Part shown: in pieces, positions 1 through 12,104 of the stretch
Layout: every line of letters begins with the position of its first letter
How positions within the stretch are numbered: the stretch's first letter is position 1
Origin: an uncultured Methanosarcinaceae archaeon
GTDB lineage: Archaea > Halobacteriota > Methanosarcinia > Methanosarcinales > Methanosarcinaceae
Assembly (NCBI GenBank): GCA_963733675.1
Contig: CAVTET010000005.1
Span: 128,001 to 192,000, forward strand
DNA length: 64,000 bases
Reading direction: 5' to 3'
Notes under the pieces: model-generated
Told to the model about the DNA's origin: nothing
The model's input: the letters and a program-made list of their open reading frames with translations, nothing else
The model's database searches: none
Program-made: the position numbers and the translations under genes

Positions 1-355
1 CAGCCGTACTGACGTACATTGACTCTAGCAATTGCTGCCTGCTCATTCCCTTAATCTTTATTCCGATTACATGGGTGATTAGCTCATGTGGATGAGGATA
101 CTCGTGATCTTTAGAACTAACAATCCATCCAGATAGATCATTGTTCGGGTAAGAGGCAGTCAATAATGCTCGATAAGGAGAGTGATCAGTAGTTTGGCCA
201 CCACCGCCGATAGCTAGCATATCATCGTCACCGACTAATATTTCTTCATCTATCCATTGTTCTTTCGGAGGACTGGATATGTGTGAGAATACAGACACGG
301 TGATTAATCCTGAAGTGTCATTAAATGTAATGCTGCCAGTTCCCACTGAGCTCAT
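1..355 (-). CDS. Hypothetical protein, 3' end runs off the window
   Basis: Not in the ORF track. Manual translation from ATG at 355 is open to the window edge: MSSVGTGSITFNDTSG...IGGGGQ...ALLTASYPNNDLSGWIVSSKDHEYPHPHELITHVIGIKIKGMSRQQLL. A GGTGA RBS lies upstream. Confidence 0.7.
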   Translation of the reverse strand, partial: MSSVGTGSITFNDTSGLITVSVFSHISSPPKEQWIDEEILVGDDDMLAIGGGGQTTDHSPYRALLTASYPNNDLSGWIVSSKDHEYPHPHELITHVIGIKIKGMSRQQLLESMYVSTA

Positions 356-1092
356 GTTGAATCACCTAGTTCTGTTGTAGTGATCTCACGCTTTTTCTGC
401 CTATATTTCTTTAAAATTAGTATTTTTTAATTATTCCCATTATGTAAGGAGCTATATAAAATCTTTGCTTATTTATAAGTATGATAATATTTTAAAAATC
501 CACATTGCTTAAACTAACAAAAAAGGTAAATTTTGATCTTTTTATCAATGAAATTTTTTTGCAATCATGTAAAATTTGATATAAGCATTTTTTCACTCAT
601 AAAAAATTATCTCTTCGATCAGGAAATTGGAATTCACAATTTCATTACTAGTTTTTAAACTTTGCATCGATAAAGGAAGCTTTTCTTCAATCTGGTGTTA
701 AACGTTTTGATAGAACTTATTCCTTACAAACGCTCTCTTGCAATTCTACTTGTATATTCATATTTAATATGGAATGATGGAGTTTACAGGCACGTAGATA
801 AAAATCAGGTTTCTGCGGCTTTGTGTGGATTGAAAATAATTATCCAATTGAATAAGGATTTCTAAAATAATAAAAATTATTATAAATATTTAATTGTTTT
901 GTTGATTGTGAAAAATTTGATATGATATCGTTTTTTGTTTAGAAACTATTTTTCGTGTAATTAATTTAAAATAATTGTGAAGCACTTAGAAATAAGTGCG
1001 AATTAAATGCTGAAACAACAAGTTAGTAAATAAAAAAGGATACTTACTATTTTAATCAGAAAAGTAGATTATATATAATTTTGGAGGATGAA

Positions 1093-1733
1093 ATGAAAGT
1101 TCTTTATGTTTATGCACATCCTGAACCTAACTCATTAACTCTGCGCTGAAAGATATCGCTCTTGATACACTGAAAGGAACAGGACATGAAATAATACTTT
1201 CCGATCTTTATGCAATGAAATTTAACCCTGTTCTAACAGCCACAGACTTCCCAGAACGAAAAAATTTGCAGGTGTTTAAACCTTTTTTTGAAGCTATCAA
1301 GGCATCAAAGGAAGGAACTTTTGCTCCGGACATTAAAAGAGAGATGGAAAAAGTGAAATGGGCTAACATGTTAATTTTTCAGTTCCCGATTTACTTCACA
1401 GCAATGCCAGCAATTATGAAAGGCTGGATAGACCGCGTTCTGGCTCCAGGATTTGGTTTTAATCCAATCACTAACAGTATCTATGATACCGGCCTTTTAA
1501 AAGGCAAATACGCAATGGTTGTTACCACCACAGGATCTTCAAAAACGAAGTATTCTGAAGGAGGAGCACATGGAGACCTTAACAAACACCTAGAGTCATT
1601 AACTCACTGTGTATTTGAAGATATGGGATTGAAAGTTCTTCCTTCATATATAATTTATGAAGTGAGTAGTATGTCCAGAGAAAAAGGAACTGAAGAACTG
1701 AAAAATTACAAGACCCAGTTGCTTAAATTTTGA
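1093..1733 (+). pseudogene. NAD(P)H dehydrogenase (quinone), flavodoxin-2 family, frameshifted near 1140
   Basis: MKVLYVYAHPEPNS starts at 1093 after GGAGG. The other frame continues SDLYAMKFNP...FQFPIYF...PAIMKGWIDRV. Confidence 0.8.
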
Positions 1734-2708
1734 CTTTAGGAAAGAAAGCTTAAAACGCATCATCACAAATACGGAGTATAGAAACAAGGAGAATAAACTC
1801 AAAAAAATGGTTACATTGCGAATTTGTTTTAAATTCTAAAACAAACCGTGACTGATGAGAAGTTGGTTTAGTTCTGGTGTAACTGGCTGTGAAACCCTTG
1901 AGTTGATCAGTGAATATGGACCTACTATCTCAACATCGGCTAGTTTAAGTTTTGGACCATTCTCGGGGGAGGGTGGCTACTCACATAGCTCGTCAAAAGA
2001 GATTTTCAAGTCAACAGCGGGGTCTCTGAAAATACAGGTTTGTATGTGGATTCTTGAAATGCGTTCTCTGGAGAATTTGGAAGGCGGGTATACAAGAAAA
2101 CAAATGTTGTTTCAGAGAATAAAAACGAGAATGTTGAAATTATCGGCAAGGACGCCGATGTAATTAGACAGAAAATTTTAGATAAGCTTAGATAGCTTCC
2201 TAAAAAACCGACTGTGTCGATTATATTGTTTATGAGTCGTTTTTTGGCTTTGCTGTCTTCTATTCCAGCTTTAGTAGTATTAATATGGCATATAATTTAA
2301 AGTGGACTGAATCTGCAGATCAGGGGTTTTCAATGATCTCTGCAATTCGCATTGGTATATTATATATGTCACTTTGTGGAGGGTCAAAGCCACAATAATT
2401 TGTATAGTTTAAGTTATATGAACAAAAGTTTGTAACAAATAAACAAAGTGGTTTATTAGAGTTGCACTTAATATTTCTGATTATTTCGAAGGTAGATATA
2501 ACTTTCCTTAGTACTACTTTACAAAAAAAATATGCACGCTGCCTAAATCTGACTTTAAAAGGACCTACCAATGAAGCTAGGAATTTTATTAGAAATCCAA
2601 TTGTAACTCCTAAATCTAGATACATATTTATTGTTCTTAACTTAGTTTTGATCGTGAAGTGAACTTGAGACAGCCTGGATAGGTATTTATAACAGTTAGT
2701 GGCAATTT

Positions 2709-4001
2709 TTATGGAGTAGTCTGCATCTCTACGAAACTAATTCTAAGATTGATATTTTCACCTGTAACTTTTGTCAAACGTGCATCAGCCTTACTGGCTA
2801 AGTCTTTTGGGACTTGCTGGTATGATTTACGATTTATGGTGATTGATACATCCACAGGTTTTTTCAACAAGGGGTCTGTAGCATCGTAATCAACCATAAC
2901 TGTGGAAATTGATAAACTTATATTTGCATATTCAGATTCTTCAAGCATTACTGTCATTTCATTTTTTACTTGCTTTTTAATTAAATTTGTTTCAACAGAA
3001 GAATAGGTCGCTAGTGCAAAAGTTGTAGAAAGCAGACAGAGCATAAGCGCAAAAAAAATTAGGTGAGAAAAAACAGCGGTTTGAGCATATTTAGCTTCTC
3101 TCATACCCTTCGGACGGAAACCAGAAATCCACAGCATGATTAATGCTGCTACATTGATAGCAAGCAAATTAACAAGTAGAAGCACGGCGACTGTAATTGC
3201 AACGTTAGGTAAACCCCACGCAAATCCAAGCCCTGAAGCCGCCGCGGGAGGGTTGAGAGCAATTGCAATTGCTACACCAACGAGAGTAGCTCCTTCACTC
3301 CTTATTACGCTTAGAGCTCCTGCGATACCAATACATAAAGCAAGGAAAAATGATATGAATGTCAGGTCAGTTCTTTCGGCTATTTGTGGAATTTTCGCAA
3401 TATTTAAATCTGGTGATACAATTATTGAATTTCTTAGAAGTATTCTAATAACAGCCGCGACTGCAATTGCAAGCAGTATTCTAACCACCTGCAATTTTAT
3501 TCCTCTAGAAGCAAGTTTCCTGTCATTAAGAACAGTTCCTATACTTGCAGAAATTGCTGGGCCTATAAGTGGAGATACTACCATCGCATCAATGACTGTT
3601 GCTGCGGAATTAAGCAAGAGACCGCCAGTTGCCATAATCGTGCTCAGGATAATAAACATAAGATAAGTAGAAGTGTCAGGGGCAAGTTCTTCTGCTCGTG
3701 AAATCAACTCTTCACTTGAAATACGTGTTTCTTTATACCGTTGCTTCAGAGCTGTAGTGTGTGATGATATAACACTCTCAGGTACCAGGATAATTTTATA
3801 TGCATCATCGCTAAGCCCCGCTGTTTGTAATTTATCAAGTACCAGTTCCACACCCATAGAAGAAATTGGAAATTGGACCAGAGCTTCAAAGCCTTTTCCA
3901 CTTGTTTCGTCAGAAATAGAATAGTCAATCCTTTAAGAATCTAGCACTGCTTGTACAAGCTGTTGCATTCCTACTGGAACATATATCTGAACAAGACGCA
4001 T
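2709..4001 (-). pseudogene. TIGR00341/DUF389 membrane protein with an in-frame TAA at 3933-3935
   Basis: MRLVQIYVP start at 4001 is in frame with the 382-aa ORF. Motifs GLLLNSAATVI.AMVVSPL and LVGVAIAIALNPPAA. Confidence 0.8.
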
Positions 4002-4277
4002 AATATTAATATGCATATTCTATTATTAACTTATCAGATAATCCATTTTATTTTCAAGTATGTATAGTTTCCAGGATTTTTTTAACTAAAAAAGTCATTA
4101 GTTATTCAAAATATAAGATTTCAGTACTTCACCAAATGGATCGGATACTTAGTAAATTTCACTCAATTTGATGAGTTCTACAAAAAAACAATGTTTAATC
4201 AGGCGGCTTCCAAAAGATGCTTGATTCTACAATTGGGACAAAATATTATACTAGAAGTTCAATTTTATACTTTAATT

Positions 4278-4320
<43 letters not shown>

Positions 4321-4589
4321 GTAAATTTGATTTGTATTCGGTTAAGATACTCAACGCTCAGAAAGTGTTATTTTTATGCTAAATATCTAACATTCAAATG
4401 GAAAATCACTGTACACGGTATTCAAAGTTGTGCACAAAATTCTTTGACCGGTGATAGATAAAATCATATCATTTCTCATCTTCTTTTATGGAATTGGAAG
4501 CTGGAGCCTGGATATCTTTTTTGCTTGTAGCTAGCTGCGTCAGAGCAATTTTGATTTACTTTCCACTACTTATTGTGAAATTTTTTCAA

Positions 4590-4960
4590 ATAAATATCTG
4601 CATGGTTATTTTGTCTTTTCTATCATTGATCTGTCTGAAAACTTCTTATAAATCCGTTCAAAAGAAAAGCAGAAAATAATCGTAATTATAAGCAGTACCA
4701 GAGTGAGTTTTGAATTCACAAATATTATAACATGCCAGCACTTCAAAGAAAATTAGGCTGCACATAAATAAAGTCCAGATAAGCCAGGATCTTGCTCTGG
4801 TTTATTTCAATTGGTGTAGATGAGAATGATAAAGCTGATTATGAGTAGGGGAGCACTTGCTAGCATGCCGATTCTATCCAAAGGGATAAAATTAGCTAAG
4901 AGGATGACAATGCTTGATGTAATTAAAAGTCCTTCTGTATCTATTTTCCATTGTTTATTT
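4590..4960 (-). pseudogene. C-terminal remnant of a membrane transporter (APC-permease-like), truncated by IS6
   Basis: Hydrophobic degraded frame EGLLITSSIVILLANFIPLDRIGMLASAPLLII abuts the IS6 left end. Coordinates are approximate. Confidence 0.4.
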
Positions 4961-5815
4961 GGTTCCGTTGCAAAAAATCCTTTCTAATGGTACAATAGAA
5001 TAAAAAGAAAACCAAAGATAGTAACATGCTATCTAATTCCTTTAAATGGAAGCATTATGAAGGGGAAATTATCTTATTGAATGTAAGATGGTACTTAAAA
5101 TATGCATTAAGTTATAGAAATTTAAAGGAAATGATGGCGGAAAGGGGAGTAAAAGTCGACCATACAACAATCATGAGATGGGTACATCAATATTCCCCTG
5201 AAATAGAAAAGAAGATAAGAAGACATTTAAGACCAACAAATGATTCGTGGAGAGTTGATGAAACCTATATCAAAGTAAAAGGTAAATGGAAATATTTTTA
5301 CCGAGCAGTTGACTCAAATGGAGATACAATTGATTTCATGTTAAGTTCAAAACGAGATAGAAAGGCAGCGAAGAGATTCTTTAAGAAAGCTTTAAGTTCT
5401 AATCATAATCAAATTCCACGAGTAATAACCGTTGATAAGAATCCAGCTTACCCACCTGCTATAGATAAACTGAAAAATGATAAAATACTACCTAAAAACG
5501 TAGGCATTCGACAAATTAAGTATTTGAATAACATTATAGAACAAGATCACAGATCTATAAAGCGAATCGTTAATCCAATGTTAGGATTTCAGTCTTTTCG
5601 ATCTGCTAATAAAACCTTAAAAGGAATTGAAGCTATGAATATGATCAAAAAAGGACAAGTAATCGATCTAAATTACTCTGTTCTTAATGAAGTCAAATAC
5701 ATTAATCAATTATTTGGTATAGCTTTATAATGTTAGTACATTTTCCTTGAATGTTTTGATTTTTATTAATTACTTATAGATTTACATATTTTGTTGAAGT
5801 TTTTGCAACGGAACC
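4961..5815 (+). mobile_element. IS6-family insertion sequence, apparently intact (855 bp)
   Basis: Terminal inverted repeats GGTTCCGTTGCAAAAA and TTTTTGCAACGGAACC enclose an intact transposase. Confidence 0.95.
5026..5730 (+). CDS. IS6-family DDE transposase
   Basis: Motifs FKWKHY, WRVDETYIKVKG, ITVDKNPAY, YLNNIIEQDHR. Confidence 0.95.
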   Translation: MLSNSFKWKHYEGEIILLNVRWYLKYALSYRNLKEMMAERGVKVDHTTIMRWVHQYSPEIEKKIRRHLRPTNDSWRVDETYIKVKGKWKYFYRAVDSNGDTIDFMLSSKRDRKAAKRFFKKALSSNHNQIPRVITVDKNPAYPPAIDKLKNDKILPKNVGIRQIKYLNNIIEQDHRSIKRIVNPMLGFQSFRSANKTLKGIEAMNMIKKGQVIDLNYSVLNEVKYINQLFGIAL

Positions 5816-6140
5816 TATTTTACTCCTGCCGTTGACATCATGGACAGAGAACACAATCTTGTGGTAACTATCGACCTGCCAGAAATTAATAAAGAGGATA
5901 TTGAGATAAACATTAAAGAAGACATGCTGGAGATAAGTGCAAAGACCGGGAAGGAAAAAGAAACAGAAGAGGAAGGATATATTCGTAAGGAAAAAATATA
6001 CTTGCTTTTTCCGAACTGTCCACCTGCCCACCAGCGTTAAAAGAGAATAAAAGCACTGCAAAAATTGAAACTGGGATCCTGAAGATAACACTTCCGAAAA
6101 TGAAGATGGGAAAGCCAATAAAAAAAATATAGATAAAATA
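5816..6140 (+). pseudogene. Hsp20/alpha-crystallin small heat-shock protein, 5' end removed by IS6 and frameshifted
   Basis: TPAVDIMDR...VVTIDLPEINKEDIEI, followed by A-K-I-E-T-G-I-L-K-I-T-L-P-K in another frame. Confidence 0.75.
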
Positions 6141-6269
6141 ATATTCAAGAGATAGATCACCTGAAAAACAATCTAGGACTTACGCAGTTGAACTGAGCAA
6201 TTAATAGCTTGAACCTTTAACTATATAAATGTGAATTTAAACCACAACTCTAATGTACTTGATTATACA

Positions 6270-6720
6270 CCTCATTTGATACAGTCAAATTGTATCTCAT
6301 TCTCACGAATTTTAAGTGGCATGGAGCAGACATTTCCGTATTTGTTGCATTTAATGCATTTTTCTTTTGTGAGTCTCAGCTAATATATCTTCCCACCGAG
6401 CAGATACTGAACTTTTCCAATAAGACAAAACGAACACCGTTCCTTCTGGCTCAGGTAACTGCCAAGAAGGACTGCAATTGTTATTATTACAAGCCTATTT
6501 ATGAATCCACTTTGAGCAAGTGAATTAGAATTATCTGGGTTTAAACGCCATTTAATTTAGGAAGGAGAAGGTAAAATCCTTTCCAATGTGGACCAGATTA
6601 ATTTCTTAGCTTACAACAGTGTCATGAAAATAATTAAACAGGCAAAAATGGCAGATTTAGGAAGCTGTTTTCCTTCTGGTGAAATGGATGATTGTTCACT
6701 TGAGCACCTATTGAAATAAT
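6270..6720 (-). pseudogene. Degraded 4Fe-4S binding membrane protein (NapH/ferredoxin-like)
   Basis: Remnant RCSFCLIG.VQYLLGG...KEKCIKCNKYGNVCSMPL with stops. Coordinates are approximate. Confidence 0.5.
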
Positions 6721-6827
6721 AAATTTTGGAATTGGATATTAAGAGGAATTAACGGAATGTGCGTCCTTGAAGAGACTGGAATTAAAATTGAGACGAACCC
6801 TATTTCTAGAATTATGGAGTACAAACA

Positions 6828-7514
6828 ATGACAGAAATGCGAGACGAGCAGAGGTTCAAGCTTACTGTAATATATGATAATGCAGCGAATCAGGATTTTG
6901 CAGCAAGTTTGGGATTTGCAGTCCTAGTTGAAACAAACCGCGAACTCCTTCTTTTCGATACCGGATAAGATGGAACCCTTCTGCTAAAACATATGAAGAA
7001 ACTTAATATTAATCCGAAAGATATAATAAGACTTGTTCTTTCTCACCAGCATTGGGATCATATAGGCGGCCTTCCTGAGATTCTTCAGGCAAATCCCGAA
7101 CTTAAGGTCTATGTACCTGCGTCCTTTTCTAAAAACTTGAAAACAGAAATTGAAAAAAGAGCTAATCTTATTGAAATAAAAGAATCTGTTGAAATCTCTA
7201 AGGGTGTTAGGAGTACAGGGGAACTTGGAGATAATATCAAAGAATAGGCCCTGATTCTGGATACTGGAAATGGATGTTATGTGCTTACAGGCTACGTTCA
7301 TCCTGGCCTTGCCACAATCATTGATAATGCTCTAGTTTACTGGAATATTCTGGGAATTTTTAGAGGGTTTCACGATAGTAGAGAGTTTGAGAGACGTTCA
7401 GGGCTGGAAATCATAGCTGTAGGGCACTGTACTGCTCACAAAGAAAAACTAAAAGAGAGATTTCCTTCGGAATTCATTGAAATCAAAGTTGGTTTATGCC
7501 TAGATTTGAAATGA
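6828..7514 (+). pseudogene. MBL-fold metallo-hydrolase with in-frame TAA (6966) and TAG (7245)
   Basis: LTVIYDN...LFDTG*DG...LSHQHWDHIGG...IKE*ALILD...GHCT, all in one frame. Confidence 0.85.
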
Positions 7515-7853
7515 ATAGACATTAAATAAAAAATTCGCTTTTACTCTTTATATGTTTTTGCACTAAAATTATGGTGGTCCTATATTATTTGGTTAATGTT
7601 ATTTCCAAAACTCCTCTTTAATGCTGTCTCCAATCATTTTTGTTTTGAACTTCGGTGCAGCTAGAACAAAATATCAAATTTTAACTTAAATGTATATCTT
7701 CAAGCAAAGAATACACAATAAGAAAACGGTGTGAATGGCCGGTGTTTTTAATACACCTGCTATCTCCCTGCACTGGAACCGATGGGAAGTCAGAAAGATA
7801 GCAAATTTGCCAGAATGAAAAAATTATGTTAAATCCTTCAACTTTTATTTCGC

Positions 7854-8705
7854 TTATTTTTCTTCTAAGGTTTTTTCTACCGCATTCACAACATACTCAA
7901 AGTTCTTCTGCCACTCCGTGTTGTGTTCAAGTAGTTTCTGGAGAATTGTGCCCTTATCTTCCATTTCTGCGACTTTTGGTTCTATCGGAAGCCTTGCTAG
8001 AATAGGAATGTTGAAATCTGTTGAGGCTTTTTCGACACCACCAGTTCCGAAAACTTCTATTGATTTGACACAATGAGGGCAGATCAGACCATGCATGTTG
8101 TCGACAAGCCCTATAATAGGCACCTTGAGTTTCTCAGAAAATCTAATTGATTTGCGGACGCTGATGAGAGCTACATCCTGAGGAGTTGTAACAAGTATTG
8201 AACCGTCACAATTGGGAATCAGCTGAGCTACGCTAAGGGGTTCATCTCCTGTGCCTGGAGGCAGATCTATAATCAGAAAGTCAAGTTCTCCCCAGAGAAC
8301 ATCTTCCAGGAACTGTTGGATAATCCCCATTTTTGCAGGTCCCCTCCAGATGATAGGTGAATCTTTATTTTCAAGCAGAAAACCAACAGACATCACCGAA
8401 AGATTGGGAAGGACCTGAATTGGCAGTATGCCCTCTTCGTTAATAGCTAGTCTCTCAGATTCCAAACCGAAAATTGTGGGAATAGTTGGGCCGTGGATAT
8501 CACAGTCCATAAGTCCCACTTTATATCCACGCAGAGACAGTCCAATAGATAGATTTGCAGCAACTGTGCTTTTCCCTACTCCCCCTTTACCGCTCATTAT
8601 CATGATCTTATGTCTGATGCGCCTGAGGTTAACTATTATTTTTGGTTCTTGGGGCTTTTTAAATAAGCTTTCCAGTGGTTGAACTTGATCTGTCATTTTA
8701 ATCAC
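7854..8705 (-). CDS. Mrp/NBP35 family Fe-S cluster carrier ATPase
   Basis: SGKGGVGKST, DCDIHGP, WRGP, DLPPGTGD, CPHC motifs. Confidence 0.92.
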   Translation of the reverse strand: MIKMTDQVQPLESLFKKPQEPKIIVNLRRIRHKIMIMSGKGGVGKSTVAANLSIGLSLRGYKVGLMDCDIHGPTIPTIFGLESERLAINEEGILPIQVLPNLSVMSVGFLLENKDSPIIWRGPAKMGIIQQFLEDVLWGELDFLIIDLPPGTGDEPLSVAQLIPNCDGSILVTTPQDVALISVRKSIRFSEKLKVPIIGLVDNMHGLICPHCVKSIEVFGTGGVEKASTDFNIPILARLPIEPKVAEMEDKGTILQKLLEHNTEWQKNFEYVVNAVEKTLEEK

Positions 8706-8789
8706 CTGTTTAAAATTTCCGCTTTTTGGACTTGGAATGCGAAGTGGTAGATGTGCAAGTACTTATTCCCATTGTTGAGGAGATTTTAA

Positions 8790-9722
8790 TTAAAATTTCT
8801 TCATTTCAAGGATTTTCATCCTTTTCTGTTTATCCGGGATATCCAAAAGCTTTTCTTCTACCTTAGCCCAGATTTCTCTGACCTGATTTGCAAATTCATT
8901 TTCGTTTGCGTGTTCACTGTTTTTAGCATACTCTATCACAGTTTGTTCCTGAAGCATCGCCTTCGTTGCAATGTCGTCATAAGGAAGCCTGCCAAGTACC
9001 GGTATTCCCAGCTCTGTACAGAATTTTTCAATCAACCGGGTATTCTCCTCATTTATGTCATACTTGTTGATGCAGACAACAGCCGGGATCTGGAAGTGCG
9101 TAGCAAGCTCGAGGACTCTTTTCATGTCATGGATTCCGGAAACAGTTGGTTCGTTTACCACCAAGACCAGGTCTGTCCCTGTAATGGCTGCAATAGTGGA
9201 ACAGCCTGTCCCAGGAGGGCTGTCAATGATGATTAGATCCTTACAATACTGCTCAGCAAGTTTTTTTGCGTTGCTTCGGACAGCGCTTACAAGTTTTCCG
9301 CTTGCTTCTTCCCAGATGCCAAGACGTGCGTGAGCCAGGGGCCCAAAGCGGGTTTCAGAGGAAAAAAACTGGCCTGATATCCGTTTTCCCATGGAAACTG
9401 CTCCTTTTGAACAGACAATTGTGCAGACAGCACAGCCCTCGCAACTGTAAGGATCAACTTCAAGGTTTTCAGTTACCGCTCCATACCTGCAAAATTCTCT
9501 GCATTTTCCACATTCTATACAGAGTTCCGAGTCGATCCTGGCAACCTCAAGGCCGTAGTAGTCCTCTTTTATCAAAACCCTGGGTTTCAAGATCAGGTGC
9601 ATATCAGCTGCGTCCACGTCGCAGTCTGCAATAACAGCATTTTCCGCAAGCGAGGCAAAAGCTGCCGCAAGGGTAGTCTTACCAGTTCCCCCCTTTCCGC
9701 TGATAACAGTAATCTGCTTCAT
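8790..9722 (-). CDS. MinD-like P-loop ATPase with inserted 2x[4Fe-4S] ferredoxin domain
   Basis: SGKGGTGKT, DCDVDA, CIECGKC, CEGCAVC, DSPPGTGC. Confidence 0.9.
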   Translation of the reverse strand: MKQITVISGKGGTGKTTLAAAFASLAENAVIADCDVDAADMHLILKPRVLIKEDYYGLEVARIDSELCIECGKCREFCRYGAVTENLEVDPYSCEGCAVCTIVCSKGAVSMGKRISGQFFSSETRFGPLAHARLGIWEEASGKLVSAVRSNAKKLAEQYCKDLIIIDSPPGTGCSTIAAITGTDLVLVVNEPTVSGIHDMKRVLELATHFQIPAVVCINKYDINEENTRLIEKFCTELGIPVLGRLPYDDIATKAMLQEQTVIEYAKNSEHANENEFANQVREIWAKVEEKLLDIPDKQKRMKILEMKKF

Positions 9723-10577
9723 GTTCTCTCTTCCTTTCCACCTGTAAGCTGGGATTTTATTTTTTCAAACATGCAAAGAAACTTCTCATTCCATTCTGGC
9801 ATTTCCCGAACAAAGGGAATTCCCCTGGAATAGAGTTCTGCAATCTTGCGGTCATTTGGAATCTGGAGGAGAATCGGAATTCCTTCGGTTTTACAGTATT
9901 CTTCAACCTTTGAATCCCCTAAACCATATCGGTTAATGATCACTCCGAAGGGGATTTTTATCGCCCTTACTACGTCTATGGCAAGCTTAAGGTCATGGAA
10001 ACCAAAGGGTGTAGATTCGGTCACAAGCACACAGTAATCCATGCCCTCAATTGTGGAAATGACCGAGCAGGCAGTTCCCGGCGGAGCATCGATAATTGCA
10101 GTTTTCCGATTATCAATGTGCTGTTGGAGTTTTTTGATAACAGCCGATACCATCGTTTCCCCGATGTTTAAAAGCCCCCTGTAAAATACCGGTAAACTTC
10201 CTTCTTTTGCCCTTTCGATCATCCCAATAGCCCTCTGAGATTCTCGAATTGCTTTTTCTAGAGGATATTACAGCCCCCGCAGCCATGGCAGAGAGAAGGA
10301 AAAACAAAACTTTGGTAGGAAGTGTAGCCATGGCGTTATAGCGGCAAAAGTCTGAACACTGTCTACATAGGCTGCATTTTTCAGGATCGATTACAGGCAC
10401 TGAGCAGACGACATCTTCCACTTTCTCAAGCTCAAAGCCAAGGAAGAGATTACAGTTTGGCTCTTCTACATCGCAGTCAAAAAGCTGCACATCTGAAAGA
10501 GCAAGAGCAAGATTTAAGGAAACTATGGTCTTCCCAGTTCCTCCTTTCCCACTTGCAAACTCAATTTTCATATTCAA
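9719..10577 (-). pseudogene. Second MinD-like/ferredoxin P-loop ATPase, split by frameshifts near 10200-10300
   Basis: N-half has SGKGGTGKT...CSLCRQC. C-half, in a different frame, has DAPPGTAC...TPFGFHDL. Confidence 0.85.
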
Positions 10578-10585
10578 TCTCCATT

Positions 10586-10942
10586 TTATTCCGTAGGTGC
10601 TGTGATTTCTTCAAGGTCCCAGACCCCATCAAGGATGTCTCCGGCAGTATTTGCCCCTTATGGAGTTCACATAATTTTTATAAAATTATCCCAAAGCATG
10701 TGGAATGGGCACATTCCGACACTTCTTATCGCGAGGGCGTTCGCCTTTTCTCGAATAATTAGTTCCACAGCTTTCAAGCCTCTTTTATTCTCAGAATTGA
10801 AAGATAAGTTTTCAAGAATTTTCCAATTTCAGATCTTGCCTTCTTCAATTTCTACAAAGAGAAAATAAGGGGCTTTTCCAAAGTGCTGTTCAACAAGTCC
10901 ATCCAAACATTTTTCATCTCTTGTAGGAATGCTTACTTTCAT
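10586..10942 (-). pseudogene. NifB/NifX-family (FeMo-cofactor-binding-like) protein with internal stops
   Basis: MKVSIPT...EQHFGKAPYFLFVEIEEGKI* followed by a degraded continuation. Confidence 0.75.
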
Positions 10943-11093
10943 CTGATCACGTGTACCCTTTTATTGTTCTCCTGGTTTAGTAAGGTTTATTGCTTGTGTT
11001 AATTTGTACTATCGAGATTATTTGTTTCGTAGATTCGCATTTTTACTGTTAAACTTATCACGATTAGCACTTATCTGTCCTTAACATTCCTTT

Positions 11094-11474
11094 TTACATT
11101 CCACTACCTTTTTTCATACCGGAGTGAGGAGCACTATTTGGACTGCATATTGATTCAAGTTCTCCAGCTTCATACTGGCTAATAGCTTCCCTAACCGTAC
11201 CTTTTGCTCCGACTTGGACATCAATTCCGACTTCTGCGAAAATAGAAAAGGCATTCGGACCCACAAAGCCTGTTAAGAGTACCTTAACCCCTGCGTTTGT
11301 GATAGCTTCGGCTGCCTTGATCCCTGCACCACCAGAAACTTCTGAACTCGTATTTGAGATGGATTCTACAGATTTGGTTTCAGTGTCATAGATTACAAAG
11401 TAGCTGCATCTCCCTACTCGGGAGTCCACTGTGGAATCGAGCCCTTCACCACTAGCTGTTATGCCAACCTTCAT
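11094..11474 (-). CDS. NifB/NifX-family protein
   Basis: DSRVGRCSYFVIYD, GGAGIKAA, GFVGPNAF. Confidence 0.85.
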   Translation of the reverse strand: MKVGITASGEGLDSTVDSRVGRCSYFVIYDTETKSVESISNTSSEVSGGAGIKAAEAITNAGVKVLLTGFVGPNAFSIFAEVGIDVQVGAKGTVREAISQYEAGELESICSPNSAPHSGMKKGSGM

Positions 11475-11534
11475 TCTTCTTGCCCAGTCTGTTGATAGTC
11501 AAGCGTTTTAATACATCGTTATGTGCACCAGCAG

Positions 11535-12023
11535 TTATTTCCTGACCATTGAAGTCCCGCACTTTTCACACTTCATCTCGATGCAAGGCACCCCCGGCTT
11601 GTGAGGTATCTCGTGTTCGCATTTGGGACATTTGCAAGTCCCTTCCGGGCCGCTATTACCCCCTCCTCTATTCCTACCTCGTCCCCTGCCTACACCAGGT
11701 CCGTTACCTACCGGACCAATACCGTCTTTTCCTGGCATCCTGTAATTTCCTCCTTCAATTTTTATTGACTTTCCATAAATAAATGCTTCAGTTATTTTCT
11801 CAAGTGCTCTTCTGAGTGCCCTTTGAAAAGTAGATTGATGAACGCCCATGCGCTCAGCCGCCTCAATTTGGAATAAATTTTCCAGAAAGCTGAGCCTCAT
11901 GGCTTCAAGTTCGTCAACTGTCAGGACTATTTCCCCAAAATTGCTTTCTTTACAATCCTCAGGTTTGAAGTGCCTCAGATGATGTTCAAAACTCACCATT
12001 CTTATTTTCCTTGGGCGCACCAT
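11535..12023 (-). CDS. DUF134 (UPF0251) DNA-binding protein with C-terminal Cys-rich domain
   Basis: MVRPRKIR, DELEAMRL, MGVHQSTFQR; C-terminal GPEGTCKCPKC...PC...CEKCG. Confidence 0.85.
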   Translation of the reverse strand: MVRPRKIRMVSFEHHLRHFKPEDCKESNFGEIVLTVDELEAMRLSFLENLFQIEAAERMGVHQSTFQRALRRALEKITEAFIYGKSIKIEGGNYRMPGKDGIGPVGNGPGVGRGRGRNRGGGNSGPEGTCKCPKCEHEIPHKPGVPCIEMKCEKCGTSMVRK

Positions 12024-12104
12024 TATGCATCAATATGCATAATCCGGTATATATCAGTTATCCTATAAGAAAATGTCAGGAAGGAAAACCAGAACAGGAT
12101 AAAG

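Noticed and set aside
1855-2163. 102-aa ORF with a GPFS..GGYSHSSS segment
   Set aside because: It looks like a mosaic gene fragment and I could not support any family assignment.
7720-7805. Cobalamin-riboswitch-like words (CGGTG..., GCACTGG...GGGAAG, AGTCAG)
   Set aside because: Spacing and stems are incomplete, it lies between convergent genes, and the reverse strand reads as a hydrophobic gene remnant.
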